Of a DNA stretch of 64,000 nucleotides, positions 54,346 to 63,635 are shown in pieces. The notes beneath the pieces are model-generated. The model searched no databases. It was not told the DNA's origin and saw only the letters and a program-made list of their open reading frames with translations. Source of the DNA: Fastidiosipila sp. (GTDB taxonomy: Bacteria; Bacillota; Clostridia; Saccharofermentanales; DTU023); assembly GCA_012511175.1 (NCBI GenBank), contig JAAZGO010000027.1:7974-71973 (forward strand), read 5' to 3'. The translations under genes were made by a program, and so were the position numbers. Position 1 is the first letter of the stretch. Each line of letters opens with the position of its first letter.

Positions 54346-56448
54346 GTGATGTTCATGCCAGAGAAGCTGCATTACCCGGGAGGTATCGCTCTTGCCGTCA
54401 ACCGCTTTCTCGCTGTTCCCGAACCGGACAAAAAGGCTGAGGCGGCCGCATTGATATCGGAATTGAGCCAGCTTCTCGGCATGCTTGATCACGCCTATTA
54501 TGACCTCGATTCTCCCCTGGCTGAAGACACCGACTACGACAGGCTCCTGCGCAGGCTTGAGGAACTGGAAAATAAATGGCCGGACTTGTCCCGGGATGAT
54601 TCACCGGCGCAGCGCGTCGGCGGCAGAGTTTCAGAAAAATTCACGGCCGTACCTCACCGTTTTCCCATGCTCTCGCTTCTGGATGTTTTCTCTCGTGAGG
54701 AGGTTGCGGCCTTTATTGACCGGACTTCCAGCCAGGAACAGGAGGCCAGGTTTCTTGTCGAAATGAAGATCGATGGCCTCTCTGTCAGCCTGACCTATGC
54801 GGAGGGCCGGCTGGTACGCGGCGTGACACGTGGGGACGGTGTCACCTCCGGGGAAGACATCACGGAGAATATCCTGGAAATCAGAGCCATCCCAAAGATG
54901 CTGACTGAGCCGGTCGAGGAACTGGTTGTCCGGGGGGAAGTGTTCATGCCCGCCAAGTCTTTTGAGCGGCTGAATGCCGAACTTGACCGCAAAGGTGAAA
55001 AACTCTTTGCCAATCCGAGAAACGCAGCAGCAGGAACACTGCGGCAGCTTGACGCCTCCGTTGTTGCCGGGCGGGGTCTCTCTTTCTTTGCTTTTGATGT
55101 CCAGCACTCGACCAGGCAATTTGACTATGATTCCGAGTCACTTGACTGGCTTTCGCAATTGGGGTTTTTGGTCATCCCGGGAACCAGGCTGGCTGCGACC
55201 CGTGATGAAATCATGGACGCAATCGATGAGATTGAACAAGAGCGCGGGAACCTTCCATTCGGGATTGACGGTGCGGTTATCAAGCTTGATGGGATGGCCG
55301 GGCGCGAGCGTCTGGGGGCTACCAACAAATACCCGCGATGGGCCGTTGCCTATAAATACCCGCCAGAACAAAAGGAGACGAGAATTGTTGATATCACAGC
55401 CCAGGTGGGCAGGACGGGACGGATCACCCCGCTGGCCTGGCTCGAACCGGTCAGCCTGGCTGGAACTACGGTGAGGAAAGCGACGCTTCACAACCAAAGT
55501 TACATCGATCAGCTTGATGTCCGGATCGGGGACACGGTCCTGGTTCAGAAGGGCGGCGACATTATTCCCGCGGTGATCCAGGTGATCAAAGAGAAAAGAC
55601 CTGCAGGGGCCAAGGCATACAAGTTGCCGGAGAATTGCCCGGCTTGCGGTTCCGAGACGGAATTTGTAGGAGACAGTGCTGACCTTTACTGTACGGGGAT
55701 TGACTGCCCTGCCCAGCTGGTCCGCCACCTGACCTATTTTGCCTCCAGGGAAGCCATGGATATTTCAGGTCTAGGGGACAGGACGGTTCAGGCCCTGATG
55801 GAGAAAGGTTTCGTTAAATCGATCGCAGATCTCTACACTCTCCATCAAAGGCGTGACCAGCTTATCGCAGATGGTTCGATCGGGCGTCAAAAGGCAGTCG
55901 ATAAGCTGCTCGGTGAAATCGAACAATCCAAAACCATGCCGCCGGACCGCCTTTTGACAGGCCTGGGGATACCTCTTGTTGGCAGGCAAACAGCCCGGGC
56001 GCTCCTGGAGGCCATGCCGGACATCAGAAAGATCGCAGCCGCAGAGGAGGAAGAGCTGGCTTCCATCCGTGACATCGGCCCCGTCACTGCGCGCGAAATT
56101 CACCGCTGGTTCAGGCTTCCCCAGACGGAGGGGCTCCTGGCCAAGCTCGAATCATATGGTTTATCCTTTGCGGAAGCCGCGCCTGCAGGTGAGCTGCCCC
56201 TGCACGGAAAAACTTACGTGATTACCGGCACGCTCAGTTCTATGACCCGCAGTCAGGCAAGGGAAGCGCTGGAGAAGCTGGGAGCCCATGTCAGCAGTTC
56301 TGTTTCTTCCTCTACCAGTGCGGTCATTGTGGGTGAAAACCCCGGCGGCAAGGCCGGACGCGCTGCTGAACTTGCCTTGCCCGTTATGAATGAAGAAGAA
56401 TTCAACGACTGGCTGACGACCATCCGGCGGGGAGACCGGCCTTCATGA
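54346..56448 (+). CDS. ligA: NAD-dependent DNA ligase
   Basis: Adenylation motif 'EMKIDGLSVSL', OB fold, zinc finger 'CPACGS...C..IDCPAQ', HhH repeats and a C-terminal BRCT domain. The exact start among GTG/ATG codons at 54346-54358 is uncertain. Confidence 0.95.
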   Translation: MMFMPEKLHYPGGIALAVNRFLAVPEPDKKAEAAALISELSQLLGMLDHAYYDLDSPLAEDTDYDRLLRRLEELENKWPDLSRDDSPAQRVGGRVSEKFTAVPHRFPMLSLLDVFSREEVAAFIDRTSSQEQEARFLVEMKIDGLSVSLTYAEGRLVRGVTRGDGVTSGEDITENILEIRAIPKMLTEPVEELVVRGEVFMPAKSFERLNAELDRKGEKLFANPRNAAAGTLRQLDASVVAGRGLSFFAFDVQHSTRQFDYDSESLDWLSQLGFLVIPGTRLAATRDEIMDAIDEIEQERGNLPFGIDGAVIKLDGMAGRERLGATNKYPRWAVAYKYPPEQKETRIVDITAQVGRTGRITPLAWLEPVSLAGTTVRKATLHNQSYIDQLDVRIGDTVLVQKGGDIIPAVIQVIKEKRPAGAKAYKLPENCPACGSETEFVGDSADLYCTGIDCPAQLVRHLTYFASREAMDISGLGDRTVQALMEKGFVKSIADLYTLHQRRDQLIADGSIGRQKAVDKLLGEIEQSKTMPPDRLLTGLGIPLVGRQTARALLEAMPDIRKIAAAEEEELASIRDIGPVTAREIHRWFRLPQTEGLLAKLESYGLSFAEAAPAGELPLHGKTYVITGTLSSMTRSQAREALEKLGAHVSSSVSSSTSAVIVGENPGGKAGRAAELALPVMNEEEFNDWLTTIRRGDRPS

Positions 56449-56858
56449 TGATTCTTTATTTTTTGGCAGGACTTCTTGCGAGTGCAGCCATGATACTGGC
56501 TTTGCTGATTATTCTGGTTGTTTCGCTTCGTACCAACTGGAATCACGCCAATCGCTTCCGGATTTCTTTCATGGTACCTGTCTTGCTTGCCGCCGCCATC
56601 GCTTATTTTTGTGTGACGGAATTCGTTCCAAGAGTCTTTGACCTGGTACATCTGGCCGGGCGCCATTATGATCTTGCTGACATCGACCTGCAGCATAGCG
56701 CGCTGGGAAGAAGTTCCCTGATTTCGGATGGCGTTTCCTATTATTTTCTGCCCGGCACTTTCGACAAGAATGCGCGGGGCCGCTTCCAGGTCATGTTTAC
56801 GCCCGGCACCCGTTTCATCATTCATGTCACCTACCTGGAAGATTCAGCGGAAAAGTGA
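56445..56858 (+). CDS. Hypothetical membrane protein
   Basis: 137 aa with two N-terminal TM helices and a soluble tail. ATGA-type overlap with the ligA stop. I recognise no family. Confidence 0.45.
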   Translation: MMILYFLAGLLASAAMILALLIILVVSLRTNWNHANRFRISFMVPVLLAAAIAYFCVTEFVPRVFDLVHLAGRHYDLADIDLQHSALGRSSLISDGVSYYFLPGTFDKNARGRFQVMFTPGTRFIIHVTYLEDSAEK

Positions 56859-56936
56859 CGGAGCCGGCTTCCATTTTGACCTCAACAAAAAATCCCCCGC
56901 TCAATCCTTCCATAATGTTGAGGGAGGTGATGTCTG

Positions 56937-57602
56937 ATGGTCCGGCAGGGAAGCATCGATTCCGATATGGTATCGGAGCACAGGGAATTGAAAGGCAGGC
57001 CACAGGAGGAACTGGGATTTTACCTGGTCGCTTCCAACCGGGAACTGTTGAATCATGTGGAGACTTTGATGAACCGCAAGGGTGTCTTCGGAGTCCTGGA
57101 TTCGTCCGGCAGAGTCCATTACCTGATTGATGCCAGGAAGGGTTCACCTTTGGCGGCCCGAAACGTCATGGCCACAGCCGGTAGTGTCGCAGGGAAGGTT
57201 TGCCGCGATGCGCGCAGAGAAAAAAGACGGATCAGGCTTGTGGTCGACCAGGTGCTGGGTCGTTATGAATGGAACAAGCAGCTTCGCGGCTATCGCCTTC
57301 TGGGAGACATTCTGCGCCGGACTGCGACCGACATCTCACTTCTCAATCCAATCAGCAAACGTCTGTACCCGGAGATTGCCAAAGAGCAGGGTCTGCGGCC
57401 CCATCAGGTTGAACGTAACGTCCGCTACCTGTTCGATGACCTGGCAGAAAGGGAACGGTCCGCTTGCCCCGGCCCGCCCCACCGGCTCCTGAGAGAAGAG
57501 GACAGGGGCCTTCCGGTCGGACGCACCATCACCCGGTTGGCAGAAGAAGTATGGAACCGATTGGACTTTTTTGAGTTGGAGGAAATTGATGATATTGAAT
57601 GA
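56937..57602 (+). CDS. Spo0A C-terminal (effector/DNA-binding) domain protein with non-canonical N-terminal region
   Basis: C-terminal 'LRGYRLLGDILRRTATDISLLNPISKRLYPEIAKEQGLRPHQVERNVRYLFDD' aligns by eye to B. subtilis Spo0A '[53 protein letters not shown]'. GGAGGTG RBS 9 nt upstream. Confidence 0.7.
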   Translation: MVRQGSIDSDMVSEHRELKGRPQEELGFYLVASNRELLNHVETLMNRKGVFGVLDSSGRVHYLIDARKGSPLAARNVMATAGSVAGKVCRDARREKRRIRLVVDQVLGRYEWNKQLRGYRLLGDILRRTATDISLLNPISKRLYPEIAKEQGLRPHQVERNVRYLFDDLAERERSACPGPPHRLLREEDRGLPVGRTITRLAEEVWNRLDFFELEEIDDIE

Positions 57603-57640
57603 ATGGGAAAAAGAAAGAGGCTGTTGCGGGAACAGCCTCT
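57603..57640 (-). terminator. Intrinsic terminator for hup (the hairpin also faces the convergent Spo0A_C-like gene)
   Basis: Perfect 10-bp stem AGAGGCTGTT/AACAGCCTCT with a 5-nt loop. On the minus strand it is followed by TTCTTTTTCC. Confidence 0.7.
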
Positions 57641-57662
57641 GTCACATTCAAGATTTCAAAAA

Positions 57663-57938
57663 TCAGCTGTTTACGATTGTCTTCAGCCCCTTGCCTGCCT
57701 TGAAAGCGGGAGCCTTCGTAGCGGGGATCAGAATCTCTTCTTTTGTGCTGGGATTGCGTCCTTTGCGTGCGGCGCGATGACGAACCTCAAAAGTTCCGAA
57801 GCCGACCAGTACAACTTTTTCTCCGGCTGCAAGTTGCTCGGTGATTACGTCAAAAACAGCAGAAACAGCTTTATCGCTGTCTTTCTTGCTCAACTCTGTT
57901 TTGGCCGCCACCGCGTTGATGAGATCAGTTTTATTCAT
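57663..57938 (-). CDS. hup: DNA-binding protein HU
   Basis: 91 aa: '[11 protein letters not shown]...[38 protein letters not shown]'. GGAAGGAGG RBS. Confidence 0.96.
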   Translation of the reverse strand: MNKTDLINAVAAKTELSKKDSDKAVSAVFDVITEQLAAGEKVVLVGFGTFEVRHRAARKGRNPSTKEEILIPATKAPAFKAGKGLKTIVNS

Positions 57939-57971
57939 TAGGGTGCCTCCTTCCGGCTGTGTTCTTCGCCT

Positions 57972-58000
57972 ATTATCCAGTTCAAATATCGCCTTGTCAA
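57972..58000 (-). promoter_or_regulatory. Sigma-A-type promoter for hup (TTGACA-17 nt-GATAAT)
   Basis: On the minus strand: -35 TTGACA (58000-57995), exact 17-nt spacer, -10 GATAAT (57977-57972). Confidence 0.62.
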
Positions 58001-58148
58001 CCCTTTTGGGCCCAATATGTGATGGATGTTCCCTTTATTTGCCTTTCTGCTGACAATTTCATGGAAATCGAGGACAGAACTTGCCTCCCGGCGCAGTAAT
58101 GCGTTAACATTCAGTCAACATCAATCACTTTGACTTGGAGATAATTTG

Positions 58149-58370
58149 ATGAAAGCTACGAAAGACATGCTGATCGTGGATCTCTTGCAACTCGATCGAA
58201 ATCTGGCCGGCCTCCTGATGGGGTATGGAATGCACTGCATCGGCTGCATGCTGGCCAGCAACGAAACCATTGAACAGGCCTGCATGGCACACGGAATTGA
58301 CGCCGACGGGCTGATTGAAAGCATTAACGCTTATTTGGAAGAAGCCGAAGAAAAAAGCCCTTCTGTCTGA
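58149..58370 (+). CDS. DUF1858 domain protein (hybrid-cluster-protein-associated redox disulfide type)
   Basis: 73 aa with 'GMHCIGCMLASNETIEQACMAHGID' carrying the CxxC motif. Confidence 0.78.
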   Translation: MKATKDMLIVDLLQLDRNLAGLLMGYGMHCIGCMLASNETIEQACMAHGIDADGLIESINAYLEEAEEKSPSV

Positions 58371-58409
58371 CCAGGTCCGCCAATCGGCAAAGACAGGTTA
58401 CCGCGTGAC

Positions 58410-60386
58410 ATGAACAAGTTCATCCCGATTCGGCACTTGACACCCCGGAAACTCTTTCTGGTTGCGTATGATATGGCGGCCAGCGTTGTGGCACCCATCC
58501 TTTCGCTCTATCTTCTTTATGAAAATGCCATCCCCGGGCGATACATTGCGCAGTTCAAGTCGACCTGGTTCATCTTTGTCATTTTATCGGCTATTTGTTT
58601 TTCACTGAGCGGCTTTTACTCACAAATGTGGCCCTTCGCGAGGGGATCGCAGTATCTGGTGCTGGTCGCGGGAACAGTCATCCAGCTCTTTCTTTCTGTT
58701 TTGATCTTCCAGGTGATGAAGCGCAATTACTCCTTGGCTTTCTACATCATTTACTGGTTTCTTCTGACGGCGGCAGTCTTTTCGATCCGGTACTTTTATC
58801 GCTTCTACCACACGCGGCGCCAGGTCAGGCAGATCCGAAAACTGCAGAAGGGTAAACGGCCGATTCGCGTCATGATCGTGGGAGCCGGCCGGGCAGGGAC
58901 TCAGATCATCGTCGAACTCAAAACGAGTCAGTCGCTTCGGGTTCCCATCTGTGCAGTTGATGACAATCCCCTGATCCACTTTTACAAAAACAACGGGGTA
59001 CCTGTACTGGGAGACCGCAACGACATTGTCGAGCTTGCGGAAAGCCACAGGATCGACGAGATCATTGTTGCCATCCCTTCGGCTTCGAGTGAAACCCTGA
59101 GGGATATCCTGGCCATCTGCCATAAGACCAACTGCCGCGTCCGCCTGCTGCCTTTTTTCTCGGAGCTCAGCAGCGAGGAAGTCCATTTGTCCGACGTCCG
59201 GGATATCCGGATCGAGGATCTTCTTGGAAGGGATCCCGTTGTCTACGACATGGAGCGGGTCAGCCGTTTCATCGAAAGCAAGGTGGTCCTGATCACAGGC
59301 GGAGGCGGATCAATCGGCTCGGAACTCGCCATACAGATCGCTGCTTTTCACCCGGCCCTCCTGATTCTTTTTGATATTTGCGAAAACAGCGTCTATGACC
59401 TCCAGCAGGAGCTTTTGGCCCAATTCGGCAGAAGGCTCAACCTCAAGGTTTTGATCGGCTCGGTGCGCGATGCCAAAAGACTGGCCAGCATCTTCTCTGA
59501 ATGGAGGCCTGATGTTGTTTTCCATGCCGCCGCCCATAAACACGTCCCCCTGATGGAAATAAGCCCGGGCGAGGCCGTCAAGAACAATGTCTACGGAACC
59601 TACAACACAGCCTTGATGGCCGCGCGCTATGGCACCAGCCGTTTTGTCCTGGTCTCAACGGATAAGGCGGTCAATCCGACCAATGTCATGGGGGCCACCA
59701 AAAGACTCTGCGAAATTGTAGTCCTGACCCTGAATAAGCTTTCCCCGCGCACTTCTTTTTCGGCCGTTCGCTTCGGCAATGTGCTGGGGAGCAGCGGGAG
59801 CGTGATCCCCCTGTTTGAAAAACAGATCAAGGAACACCGCCCCGTCACTGTCACCCACCCGGATGTCGAACGCTTTTTCATGACCATCCCGGAAGCCTCC
59901 AGTCTTGTTCTTCAGGCAGGGGCTTACGCCAGGGGAGGTGAGATCTTCGTTCTCGACATGGGAGAGCCAGTCCGGATCGATGACCTGGCCAGGGATCTTA
60001 TCCGCCTGTCAGGACTGGTTCCGGATGTGGATGTACCGATTGAGTACATTGGTCTCAGACCTGGTGAAAAGATGAAGGAAGAGCTCTTCCTCAGCAATGA
60101 ATCGATCGTCCGCACCGATCATGAGAAGATCAACATCCTTTCGCAAATTGACGACCCCGGCCTGCTTTCGCGGGAAATCGAAGTATTGCTCCGCCTGACG
60201 TCCAATCAGGAGGAAACGGGCCTGGATGGTTTTATGGAACAGCTGTTGTCAGTTCTCGAAATTGACGCGCCTTCCATCGGTAGCCTCATGAATATCCGCC
60301 TTCCGGCCGTTCCTTACGATTCCAATTGTGAAACCGCCCTGGCTCCCGAAGAAGGGGCCGCGACCCTGTCGGCAGGAGGAAATTGA
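58410..60386 (+). CDS. Membrane-bound polysaccharide biosynthesis protein, CapD/PglF/WbpM family (nucleotide-sugar 4,6-dehydratase-like)
   Basis: Four N-terminal TM helices, a Rossmann motif 'IVGAGRAGTQ', and the second 'ITGGGGSIGSEL' with 'STDKAVNPTNVMGATKR'. Confidence 0.87.
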   Translation: MNKFIPIRHLTPRKLFLVAYDMAASVVAPILSLYLLYENAIPGRYIAQFKSTWFIFVILSAICFSLSGFYSQMWPFARGSQYLVLVAGTVIQLFLSVLIFQVMKRNYSLAFYIIYWFLLTAAVFSIRYFYRFYHTRRQVRQIRKLQKGKRPIRVMIVGAGRAGTQIIVELKTSQSLRVPICAVDDNPLIHFYKNNGVPVLGDRNDIVELAESHRIDEIIVAIPSASSETLRDILAICHKTNCRVRLLPFFSELSSEEVHLSDVRDIRIEDLLGRDPVVYDMERVSRFIESKVVLITGGGGSIGSELAIQIAAFHPALLILFDICENSVYDLQQELLAQFGRRLNLKVLIGSVRDAKRLASIFSEWRPDVVFHAAAHKHVPLMEISPGEAVKNNVYGTYNTALMAARYGTSRFVLVSTDKAVNPTNVMGATKRLCEIVVLTLNKLSPRTSFSAVRFGNVLGSSGSVIPLFEKQIKEHRPVTVTHPDVERFFMTIPEASSLVLQAGAYARGGEIFVLDMGEPVRIDDLARDLIRLSGLVPDVDVPIEYIGLRPGEKMKEELFLSNESIVRTDHEKINILSQIDDPGLLSREIEVLLRLTSNQEETGLDGFMEQLLSVLEIDAPSIGSLMNIRLPAVPYDSNCETALAPEEGAATLSAGGN

Positions 60387-60406
60387 CTGCCGCAAAGGAG
60401 CCCGCT

Positions 60407-63001
60407 TTGTCCGACAAAAAAATTCTATTGCTCTTCGACGTTCACAGCCTGATGAACCGCGCCTATTATGGCATCATCGGCAGGAGTCGGCTGACAGCAC
60501 CGGATGGATTCCCGACCGGCGCGCTTTACGCCTTTTTGAACATGATCCTCAAGTACAAGGATGAGCTGAATCCCACCCATATCGTGTCTGCCATGGATAT
60601 GCCGGGTGATACCTTCCGCCACAAAATATTCGATCAATACAAGGCGGGAAGGGGCCCTACCCCCGAGGATCTAAGCCTGCAAATACCTCTGGCGCGCGAT
60701 CTGCTCGAGGCGCTCGGTTTTCAGCCTGTTGGCCTGGAGCTCTATGAAGCCGATGACCTGATCGGAACCCTGGCCAGAATAGGTGAAGAGAAGGGTATGC
60801 AAGTCTACATCGTGTCGGGTGACCGCGATACGCTTCAACTGGTTTCGGATCAGACTTCGGTTGTGCTTGTGACCACAAAAAAAACCGGATCCATCAGCGA
60901 GACAGTCACACCGGAATCCATGCTTGAGGAGTTCGGTGTTTCGCCGGGACAGTGGATCGATGTCAAGGCTCTGATGGGGGATTCCTCAGACAACATTCCC
61001 GGGGTCAAGGGTGTCGGTTCCAAGACCGCTTTTCAACTGATCAGAACTTACGGAACACTCGACCAGGTCTACCGGCACCTCGACGATCAGAAGGGAGCGC
61101 TGCAAAAAAACCTGAAGGAAGGCAGAGAATCGGCCTATCTTTCGAAAGAATTGGCAGCCATTAAACTGGATGTACCCCTTCCGGACTCCAGCCGTCTGAT
61201 CGAATCAGAAATTGGTGCCAGGCAGGATGGGGAGACCCTGCTGTCCCTTCTGACCCGCCTGGATTTTCGCTCCTTTATCGAGCGTTTCGGGCTGGCACAA
61301 ACGAGCAGGGACGAGCCGGAGCCGGAACACTGCTGCATCCACAAATCGGCGGAGGAATTGCTTCAAGCGGCTGGCCAGGACAAGGAACTGGCCTTTTTCC
61401 TGCCCTTTCAGGAGCGTCAGGGCGTGTTGGCAACCGATGGCGCTTGTGCTGACCTCGACGACCCGGACGAATTCATACGGCTTCTGGAGGAGCATGAAGG
61501 TCCTTTTGTTACCTGGGACTTGAAGGTCCAGCTTCGCCGGACTGGTCTTCCCGCGCCCGGCAGGCTGGTCCATGATGTGATGATCGGATCCTACCTGCTC
61601 AACCAGCTGGGCAGGGGCGACGACATCGAGTATGCCCTTCGGGCCATACTGGGCAAGGAATTCAGGCCTTTGCCGGAGACATTGATGGCTGTCCAAAACA
61701 GTTTTCAGGAAAAAACCAGATGCCTGGCTCTGCAATTGCCGCATGCGCACAGGAAACAGCTCCAGGCCATCCGCGGCAGAGAGCTGGAAGGCCTTTACCA
61801 GGTCGAAACGCGGCTGGCAGGGATCCTGTCCGATATGGAACTCAAAGGTGTCCTGATTGACGCGGAGGCACTTGAGCGCGCATCTGCGGAAATGGCAGAA
61901 GAACTGGCCGGGCTGGAATCCTCAATTTACGCGGATGCGGGAGGTCATTTCAATATCAACTCACCGCAACAGCTGGCTGAAATCCTCTATACCAAACTGA
62001 AGCTTCCCACGGGCCGCAAAAGTTCGACAGGGAAATACAGCACGGCTGCTGACGAACTGGAGCGGCTCAAGGGTTACCATCCGATCATCGGCAAGATCCT
62101 GGAATACCGGGAATTTTCCAAGCTGAGAGGCACCTTCCTCGAAGGCTTGAAAAAGGAAATTGCCGAAGATGGCCGTGTCCATACGTCCTATAATCAAACC
62201 GTCGTAGCGACCGGCCGTCTGTCCAGTTCCAATCCCAATCTGCAGAATATCCCTGTGCGCACGGAGCGGGGGAGCCGGATCCGCCAACTCTTTATTGCGC
62301 CGCCCGGCTATCTCCTTGTGGGAGCGGACTACAGCCAGATCGAACTGCGGCTTCTGGCTCACCTGTCAGGTGACCGGGAGCTGACCCGTGCATTCCGGGA
62401 GGGAAGGGATGTTCACCTTGTCACTGCCTCTTCTTTCTATGGCAAAGATGAGTCCGAGATTACGCCGGCAGAGCGGGCGGTTGCAAAAACGGTCAACTTC
62501 AGCATCACTTACGGCATTTCCGATTTTGGCCTTTCACGGGATCTCGACATCCCGATTCCGGAAGCCAGGCGGCTGATCGAACGCTACCATGCCAAATACC
62601 CGGGTGTTGAAGCCTGGCTGAAAGAGCAGGGGGAATTTGCGAAGAGGAATGGTTACGTTGAGACACTTTTCCATCGCAGGCGTTACGTGCCCGAACTTCA
62701 GTCGCAGAACCGGAACACCTACAACTTCGGAATGCGGGCGGCTATGAATGCACCCGTACAGGGCACGGCGGCAGACTTGATCAAGATTGCCATGGTGGAT
62801 GTTCACCGGGCGCTCAAAGAGGAAAAACTGGACGCTGACATTATCCTGCAGGTTCATGATGAACTGATTCTGGAAGTGGCGGAAAAGGATGCAAAGCGCG
62901 CCGAAAAGATCCTGAAGGACAAGATGGAAGATGCCATGGAGCTTTCGGTGCCTCTTCTTGCAGGGACCAGGATCGGCCGTAACTGGGGGGATTTGAAATA
63001 G
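60407..63001 (+). CDS. polA: DNA polymerase I
   Basis: 5'-nuclease domain, a degenerate 3'-5' exonuclease region, and family-A motifs 'DYSQIELRLLAH', 'RAVAKTVNFSITYG' and 'LQVHDELILE'. Start placed at the TTG at 60407, 6 nt after an AAGGAG RBS; the ORF track starts at 60383. Confidence 0.95.
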   Translation: MSDKKILLLFDVHSLMNRAYYGIIGRSRLTAPDGFPTGALYAFLNMILKYKDELNPTHIVSAMDMPGDTFRHKIFDQYKAGRGPTPEDLSLQIPLARDLLEALGFQPVGLELYEADDLIGTLARIGEEKGMQVYIVSGDRDTLQLVSDQTSVVLVTTKKTGSISETVTPESMLEEFGVSPGQWIDVKALMGDSSDNIPGVKGVGSKTAFQLIRTYGTLDQVYRHLDDQKGALQKNLKEGRESAYLSKELAAIKLDVPLPDSSRLIESEIGARQDGETLLSLLTRLDFRSFIERFGLAQTSRDEPEPEHCCIHKSAEELLQAAGQDKELAFFLPFQERQGVLATDGACADLDDPDEFIRLLEEHEGPFVTWDLKVQLRRTGLPAPGRLVHDVMIGSYLLNQLGRGDDIEYALRAILGKEFRPLPETLMAVQNSFQEKTRCLALQLPHAHRKQLQAIRGRELEGLYQVETRLAGILSDMELKGVLIDAEALERASAEMAEELAGLESSIYADAGGHFNINSPQQLAEILYTKLKLPTGRKSSTGKYSTAADELERLKGYHPIIGKILEYREFSKLRGTFLEGLKKEIAEDGRVHTSYNQTVVATGRLSSSNPNLQNIPVRTERGSRIRQLFIAPPGYLLVGADYSQIELRLLAHLSGDRELTRAFREGRDVHLVTASSFYGKDESEITPAERAVAKTVNFSITYGISDFGLSRDLDIPIPEARRLIERYHAKYPGVEAWLKEQGEFAKRNGYVETLFHRRRYVPELQSQNRNTYNFGMRAAMNAPVQGTAADLIKIAMVDVHRALKEEKLDADIILQVHDELILEVAEKDAKRAEKILKDKMEDAMELSVPLLAGTRIGRNWGDLK

Positions 63002-63002
63002 C

Positions 63003-63635
63003 ATGTTTGTAATCGGTATTACGGGAGGCATTGGATCAGGGAAGAGCACCGTCGCTTCCATTGTGCGTGCTGCCGGGATTCCGGTCATCGATGCTGACGT
63101 GATCGCCCATGAACTTACGGAGGTTGCCGGTGAAACGACCGGGAGGATTGCGGCCGCCCTCGGCAGCGATTTGCTGGATGCCGGGGGAGCGCTCAACCGG
63201 AAACGTGTGGCTGCACTTGCTTTTTCAAACAAACCTTTCCTGGACAAGCTGAGTGCCATCATCCACCAGGATGTGATCCGAGCCATGGATGAAAGACTGG
63301 AAGAAGCCCGTCAGAAAGGAATCAAGGCCATCGCCCTCGATGTGCCCATTCCGGTCGAGCGGGGTTTTCTCGATGTCTGTGATCAGGTCTGGGCGGTCAC
63401 AGCGGATGAGGAGACCCGCCTCAAGAGGCTTGAACGTCGGGGTATGGATGCAGTCGAAGCGGGCAGGCGAATGAAGGTTCAGATGACCCGCCAGGAGTAC
63501 CGTGAGCTGGCAACGCACGAAATCGATAATAACGGCAGCCTGGCCGCGCTCGAGGAATCGGTGCTCCTCCTGCTTGGGAAAGAACTGGGTCAGAGGGGCA
63601 TTCCGGTTCCGGGCCTTTCCGCCCGGCAGGGCTAA
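63003..63635 (+). CDS. coaE: Dephospho-CoA kinase
   Basis: P-loop 'GITGGIGSGKST', 210 aa. Conserved polA-coaE adjacency. Confidence 0.93.
   Translation: MFVIGITGGIGSGKSTVASIVRAAGIPVIDADVIAHELTEVAGETTGRIAAALGSDLLDAGGALNRKRVAALAFSNKPFLDKLSAIIHQDVIRAMDERLEEARQKGIKAIALDVPIPVERGFLDVCDQVWAVTADEETRLKRLERRGMDAVEAGRRMKVQMTRQEYRELATHEIDNNGSLAALEESVLLLLGKELGQRGIPVPGLSARQG

Noticed and set aside
58410-60386. The CapD/PglF-like gene as a marker of a capsule or glycan biosynthesis island.
   Set aside because: It is a single gene between DUF1858 and polA. No glycosyltransferase, flippase or polymerase genes are nearby, so no cluster can be claimed from this window.
61300-61700. The degenerate 3'-5' exonuclease region of PolI, where no DTE-type ExoI motif is seen.
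   Set aside because: Loss of proofreading motifs is common in Firmicute and thermophile PolA enzymes. I do not consider it unusual.
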